Shown: one piece after another, positions 59,631 to 64,000 of the stretch
How the letters are laid out: every line of letters starts with the position of its first letter
How positions within the stretch are numbered: position 1 is the first letter of the stretch
Origin: an uncultured Chlamydiales bacterium
GTDB lineage: Bacteria; Chlamydiota; Chlamydiia; Chlamydiales; JAAKFR01
Reading direction: 5' to 3'
NCBI GenBank assembly: GCA_963699155.1
Contig: OY969414.1
Location: 32,001 to 96,000, forward strand
DNA: 64,000 bases
Position numbers and translations under genes: made by a program
The notes under the pieces: generated by a model
The model's input: only the letters and a program-made list of their open reading frames with translations
Database searches by the model: none
What the model was told of the DNA's origin: nothing

Positions 59631-60790
59631 GATATCCCAGAGAAGCAGGAAAATCTCAATTTCTTGCTGCTGCGCATGCGGCGGATGCGGCCAAAGAAAA
59701 AGTTGAGGCTTCTGATTTGCCGCCCGAAAGTCGTGCAGAGAATCTACGCTGGGTCAAGCACTTCATCAGTAAGATCAAGAATCCTGTTGAATACCTTTCA
59801 CTCAAACTCAAGTTTGCCGGACGATTGGCAGCTATCGATCCCGATGAGGCGTGGATCATGTTTGCCAAGACAAAAGATGATCTGCTCATAGCAGTAGAGG
59901 GAGGGTCACCCTCTTTCCAACAACTTTTGGATTCTCTTCCGCTGACCGAATTCGAAATCTTGCTCCAGATGGCAAAAAGGAAAAACCCAGACCAAGTCCT
60001 TCTCTTTGCGCAACGTCTTCTTCCTGAAATTAAAGGCAAGCTGCTGATCGAAGCGATCCGTCGGCTGGCTATCGCAGAAGCCTCTGTAAAGTTAGAGAGG
60101 GCCACGAAAACTGCTCAACTGCTTGAAAAAATCATGATGGCCGAAGACTACCGGATGCTCATGATCGATCTTGCCAAAATCTACGCCCCATTTGATTCTT
60201 CCAAAGCAAAAAATATACTGAGTGAGCTCCGAGCAAAAACATCTCCTATAGAGGAGAAGATTCACCATGCCATTTTAGTCGCCTCCGTCGAATTAGAACC
60301 TGATCTAGGTTTAGGTATCGATGCGGCATTCGCTTCCGCTTATTCCTTTGAAGAACCTGTAGAGCAGATCGATGCTCTCCTCATGTTGGCACACCTAAAT
60401 CCTCAGGCCCTCGAATTTGCCAAAGAGATCAATAAAAACATGAGCTTGGATGGAAGTGTAGGGAGGGTTTTTGAGATTGCTTACAAAGTACTCGATATAG
60501 ACCCTGAACAAGCCATCATCATGGGAGCGACTTCTGATTCTTATCTACTGGGATATTTAGAAAGGATTATCCAAAAGCTGGCACCTCAGAATCTACCATT
60601 AGCCGCACTCCTCTCTTTGGCAACATATAACCTTCGATTAACAAGACCAAGCCTTCTCCCAGCTGCCATGCGCCACAACCCGACCATCGCCAAAGAGCTC
60701 ATCGAAAGACCCCCTTATGATGACTTCATCAACTCTCTTGATGAACTAGCTGATGCCCTCTTTGCCATCGTCGATGGCTCAACCCATTGA
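59627..60790 (+). CDS. Alpha-helical repeat protein, probably the continuation of the F-box protein
   Basis: Recurrent LAxxDPxxA / NLPLA-type helical motifs also seen at the end of the upstream ORF; ATGA overlap. Confidence 0.65.
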   Translation: MRYPREAGKSQFLAAAHAADAAKEKVEASDLPPESRAENLRWVKHFISKIKNPVEYLSLKLKFAGRLAAIDPDEAWIMFAKTKDDLLIAVEGGSPSFQQLLDSLPLTEFEILLQMAKRKNPDQVLLFAQRLLPEIKGKLLIEAIRRLAIAEASVKLERATKTAQLLEKIMMAEDYRMLMIDLAKIYAPFDSSKAKNILSELRAKTSPIEEKIHHAILVASVELEPDLGLGIDAAFASAYSFEEPVEQIDALLMLAHLNPQALEFAKEINKNMSLDGSVGRVFEIAYKVLDIDPEQAIIMGATSDSYLLGYLERIIQKLAPQNLPLAALLSLATYNLRLTRPSLLPAAMRHNPTIAKELIERPPYDDFINSLDELADALFAIVDGSTH

Positions 60791-60852
60791 ACTTAAAGAG
60801 AAAATTCCTTATTCATCACCGATCAAACGGGCCATCCCTACATTGCACACCA

Positions 60853-61018
60853 GACTCTCAGTGGCTCGGCAATTGGCGCCGTTGGGAGTGGCAGCGGCCC
60901 ATTGAGGGCCACGAACGACCTTCGGCGCCCCCACCCGCGCCTGTGACCGAGGCGCAGCCGAGTGTCGCAGCGACGGGCCGGCGCCGTAGGCGCGCGCGAG
61001 TAAACCGATTTACTCGCT
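60853..61018. other. GC-rich multi-hairpin element next to the tRNA-Ser 3' end
   Basis: Stems ctcggc/gccgag, ggcgccg/cggcgcc, ggccc/gggcc, gcgcct/aggcgc, gcgcc/ggcgc, gcgagtaaa/tttactcgc. Confidence 0.6.
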
Positions 61019-61035
61019 TCTCTCCTCACGTTGTT

Positions 61036-61123
61036 CGGAAAGAGAGGGATTTGAACCCTCGATACCCTTTAGGGGTATGCGTCCTTAGCAGGGACGTGCT
61101 TTCGGCCACTCAGCCATCTTTCC
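61036..61123 (-). tRNA. tRNA-Ser (GCT)
   Basis: Minus strand ggaaaga/tctttcc acceptor, anticodon arm cgtcc-ctGCTaa-ggacg, long variable arm, GGTTCAAATCC; CCA not encoded. Confidence 0.95.
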
Positions 61124-61217
61124 AGATATAAATGTCCATCATAGGGAGCTTTTTCATTTTCCTCAACTTGGGAATTTGGATTGAATCTTCGGGAGGAATC
61201 GGCTATTTTTCTCGGTC

Positions 61218-63929
61218 ATGGTGAAAAGTGGAAAAGTGAAAGCGGCTCCCAATTCGAAGGAGTCGGAGATGATGGTGCTGGGCTGCATGCTCACCAGCGT
61301 CAATAGTTTAAATATTGCCTCTGATGCGCTCGATGAAAATGATTTTTACTACACTGAGCATCAGATTCTCTTTCAGGTCTTAAAAATTGCTTATAAGCAG
61401 AATAGGCCGGCCGATGTCCATATCGTCTGCGAGGAGCTGAAACGGCTCGATAAATTAGATGCTATTGGCGGGGCCGCATACGTGACAACGCTGGCCCAAT
61501 ATGCAGGGACCTCCGCCTACATCGAAGAGTATGCCGAGATTGTGAAGTCGAAAGCAATTTTGCGGCGGATGATCCAAGCGGCACAGGTGGTCGAAAAAAA
61601 TGCCCTTGAAGAGCCTGGCGACGTCCATGAAGCACTCGATGAGGCACAAGGACTCTTCTTTAAAATCAGCCAGAATGCCAATCCGGGCGCAGGTATTCTG
61701 ATCAGCGATCTTCTAAGTGGGGTCAAAGCCACCACACAAATTCCCTTCCTGAAAGAGCTGCAGGATCGCCAAGAGGAATTCCGTTTAAAAGGCCCTCAAG
61801 AGGCCAAAATTACAGGAATCCCCACCCACTATCTCGACCTGGACAAACTGATCAACGGCCTCAACAACTCCAACCTGATGATCGTCGCAGGCAGACCCGC
61901 CATGGGAAAGACAGCCCTCGCCGTCAATATCGCCGAAAATGTCTGTTTCAAAAACAACATGCCAGTCGGCATCTTCTCGCTCGAAATGACCGCAGAGCAG
62001 CTTCTCCACCGTATCATCTGTTCTCAAGCCGAAGTCGAATCGGACAAGATCCGTACCGGAAACTTAACCGGAGCCGATTTCCAACGCATTGTCAGCGCTG
62101 TCGGCCAGATGCAGAAGCAGACGATGGTGATCGATGACCAACCAGGGCTCAAAATCACCGACCTGCGCGCACGCGCACGTCGCATGAAGGAGAGCTTTGG
62201 GATCCGCCTGCTCATCATCGACTATCTCCAGCTGATCTCCGGATCAGGCACCTCCCGAACCATAGAAAATCGCCAAAGCGAGATCTCCGAAATCTCCCGC
62301 ATGCTGAAGACCCTCGCCCGCGAGCTCAACATCCCCGTCATCTGCGCCTCCCAGCTCTCCCGCAAAGTCGAAGACAGAGCCGGCCACCGCCCCATGATGA
62401 GCGACCTCCGCGAGAGTGGCTGCCTCACCGGTGATGCTGAAATTCAAGATGCAGATACTGGAAAAATCTATACCATCAAAGAGCTTGCAGATAGGCAAGA
62501 GCAGACAACCCTCTACGTTCATGCCGTCGATGAAAAATTAAAAATAGGTCGACATAAGCTAGTCAAAGCATTCTATTCTGGCAAAAAAAAGGTCTATCAG
62601 CTCACCACACGTTCTGGACGTTCTATTAAAGCCAGCGCCAACCATCCTTTCTTAAAGCTAGGGGGCTGGACACCTCTCGAACAGTTAAAACCTGGTGATC
62701 GTATCGGCTTGCCACGGGAATTGCGCTCCCCTCTCCATGCAACAACAAATCGAAAAGATGAATGGGCATTTTTGGCTCATCTGCTTGGCGATGGCTGTAT
62801 CCTTCCCAAGCAACCTTACCACTTTACAAGCCAGGATGAAGAAAATTTAGCTACAGTGGGAAAGTTATCTAATCAATTGTTCCACATCCTTCCTCGTTAT
62901 ATCCCCCAAAGGAACTGGACTCATGTCTATTTCCCCTCGCCCTACCATCTCACGAAAGGGAAATACCATCCTATCACCGAATGGTTTAATAGCTTAAAAA
63001 TTAATCGTGTGCGCTCTTACGAAAAAAAGTTGCCCCAGGAACTTTTTGAAAGACCCTTAGATGAGATTTCTCATTTTCTCCACCATCTTTGGGCTACAGA
63101 TGGAAATATCAGCACAAAACGGTTAAGAAATAGAAGCCCTTCAGCCGCTATTTATTATGCTTCATCTAGCAAATTACTAGCCAATCAAGTGCAATCTCTT
63201 TTGCTGAGATTAGGCATCAGTAGCTCTACTCATGGCCGCTCCTCGAAAAAGGGATACCGCACCATGTATCATGTCCACATTCAGGGTGCTGAAAATCAGA
63301 TACGCTTTTTAAAGACCGTGGGATGTGCTGGTAAACGTGGCAAGATCATCCCTCAATTATTGGATGATTTAACAAGGATAGAAAGCAATCTCAACATAGA
63401 CGTAATCCCGAAAGAGGCTTGGAAACTTTTCGTTGAGCCCGCAAAAGTGAAAACGGGTATGGGTTGGCGCGAGGTTTGTGAAGGGCTTGAAATGTCCTAT
63501 TGTGGAAGCACTCTCTTCAAATCGGGAGTTTCTCGCCATCGAATGAAAAAACTTTTCCGGGTTTTAGGAGATGAAAAGCTACTGCAGCTGGCTCAATCTG
63601 ACGTTTATTGGGATGAAATCTCTTCAATTGAAGAATTGGGCGTTGAAGATGTTTACGATGCAACAGTTGAGGGAGTCCACAATTTTGTAGCTAACGATAT
63701 TATCGTTCACAATAGCATCGAGCAAGATGCTGATATTGTGATATTTCTGTTGCGCAGGGAGTACTATGATCCCAACGATAAGCCAGGGATGGCGGAGATT
63801 ATTGTGGGGAAAAACCGGCATGGAGCCGTCGGGAGCGTCAATATGACCTTCGTTAAGGAGCTGGTCCAGTTTAGGAACTATACGCCGATCAAGATGGAAG
63901 CGTATAACGACTCCTTCGCTAATCTTTGA
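61218..63929 (+). CDS. dnaB: Replicative DNA helicase, intein-containing (472 aa after splicing)
   Basis: AGRPAMGKT, FSLEM, IIDYLQL, SQLSR, SDLRESG | intein | SIEQDAD, KNRHG. Confidence 0.97.
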   Translation: MVKSGKVKAAPNSKESEMMVLGCMLTSVNSLNIASDALDENDFYYTEHQILFQVLKIAYKQNRPADVHIVCEELKRLDKLDAIGGAAYVTTLAQYAGTSAYIEEYAEIVKSKAILRRMIQAAQVVEKNALEEPGDVHEALDEAQGLFFKISQNANPGAGILISDLLSGVKATTQIPFLKELQDRQEEFRLKGPQEAKITGIPTHYLDLDKLINGLNNSNLMIVAGRPAMGKTALAVNIAENVCFKNNMPVGIFSLEMTAEQLLHRIICSQAEVESDKIRTGNLTGADFQRIVSAVGQMQKQTMVIDDQPGLKITDLRARARRMKESFGIRLLIIDYLQLISGSGTSRTIENRQSEISEISRMLKTLARELNIPVICASQLSRKVEDRAGHRPMMSDLRESGCLTGDAEIQDADTGKIYTIKELADRQEQTTLYVHAVDEKLKIGRHKLVKAFYSGKKKVYQLTTRSGRSIKASANHPFLKLGGWTPLEQLKPGDRIGLPRELRSPLHATTNRKDEWAFLAHLLGDGCILPKQPYHFTSQDEENLATVGKLSNQLFHILPRYIPQRNWTHVYFPSPYHLTKGKYHPITEWFNSLKINRVRSYEKKLPQELFERPLDEISHFLHHLWATDGNISTKRLRNRSPSAAIYYASSSKLLANQVQSLLLRLGISSSTHGRSSKKGYRTMYHVHIQGAENQIRFLKTVGCAGKRGKIIPQLLDDLTRIESNLNIDVIPKEAWKLFVEPAKVKTGMGWREVCEGLEMSYCGSTLFKSGVSRHRMKKLFRVLGDEKLLQLAQSDVYWDEISSIEELGVEDVYDATVEGVHNFVANDIIVHNSIEQDADIVIFLLRREYYDPNDKPGMAEIIVGKNRHGAVGSVNMTFVKELVQFRNYTPIKMEAYNDSFANL
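62421..63713 (+). mobile_element. DnaB intein (431 aa) with LAGLIDADG homing endonuclease
   Basis: Cys1 CLTGD, block B ASANHPF, LAHLLGDG and LHHLWATDG motifs, VYDATV..VHNFVANDIIVHN followed by Ser+1. Confidence 0.97.
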
Positions 63930-63973
63930 CACTATTTCGCCAAAAGTTTAGTGTCCGGCTTTTGGAGGTTCTC

Positions 63974-64000
63974 ATGATGAAGTGGATATTGCCCCTGATT
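63974..64000 (+). CDS. Possible start of the next gene (MMKWILPLI..., signal-peptide-like), truncated by window end
   Basis: GGAGG RBS five nt before ATG; only 9 codons visible. Confidence 0.4.

Noticed and set aside
60787..61131. ORF 60787-61131
   Set aside because: It runs antisense through tRNA-Ser and the GC-rich hairpin element, with no protein-like features.

Overview
Chromosomal segment of an environmental member of the Chlamydiota. The assignment rests on the chlamydial gene orders lnt-lpxC-fabZ-lpxA-fmt, rsmB-dacC-hyp-rsbW-lptE-bamD-dnaE, uhpC-hisS-aspS-mip-trmL-trxA and ntt-pgsA-sohB-polA-coaE-rho-dnaB, plus a nucleotide translocase. Accessory material interrupts this backbone. (1) Two inverted copies of an IS481-family element have each inserted into the same GCGCC-N3-GGCGC hairpin repeat, flanking a ~590-bp highly structured non-coding region. 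(2) A ~13.4-kb block between dnaE and uhpC carries an RbbA/YhhJ/YhiI ABC exporter whose outer-membrane factor appears to lack both beta-barrel segments, a membrane-anchored biotinyl-domain protein, a CzcCBA-type RND pump, and an orphan RiPP-like precursor with a tandem NHLP leader and a double-Gly site. (3) Further accessory genes are a pdxS-pdxT-pdxH vitamin B6 cluster, an AbiE toxin-antitoxin locus with an internally deleted toxin, Inc-like membrane proteins and a split F-box protein. (4) Several families of palindromic MITE/REP-like elements occur between genes. (5) DnaB carries a 431-aa LAGLIDADG intein. rho has about five single-base indels, probably sequence error. Two tRNAs (Leu-CAG, Ser-GCT); no rRNA or CRISPR array seen. 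All family assignments are by eye from motifs and remembered gene order; no searches were run.
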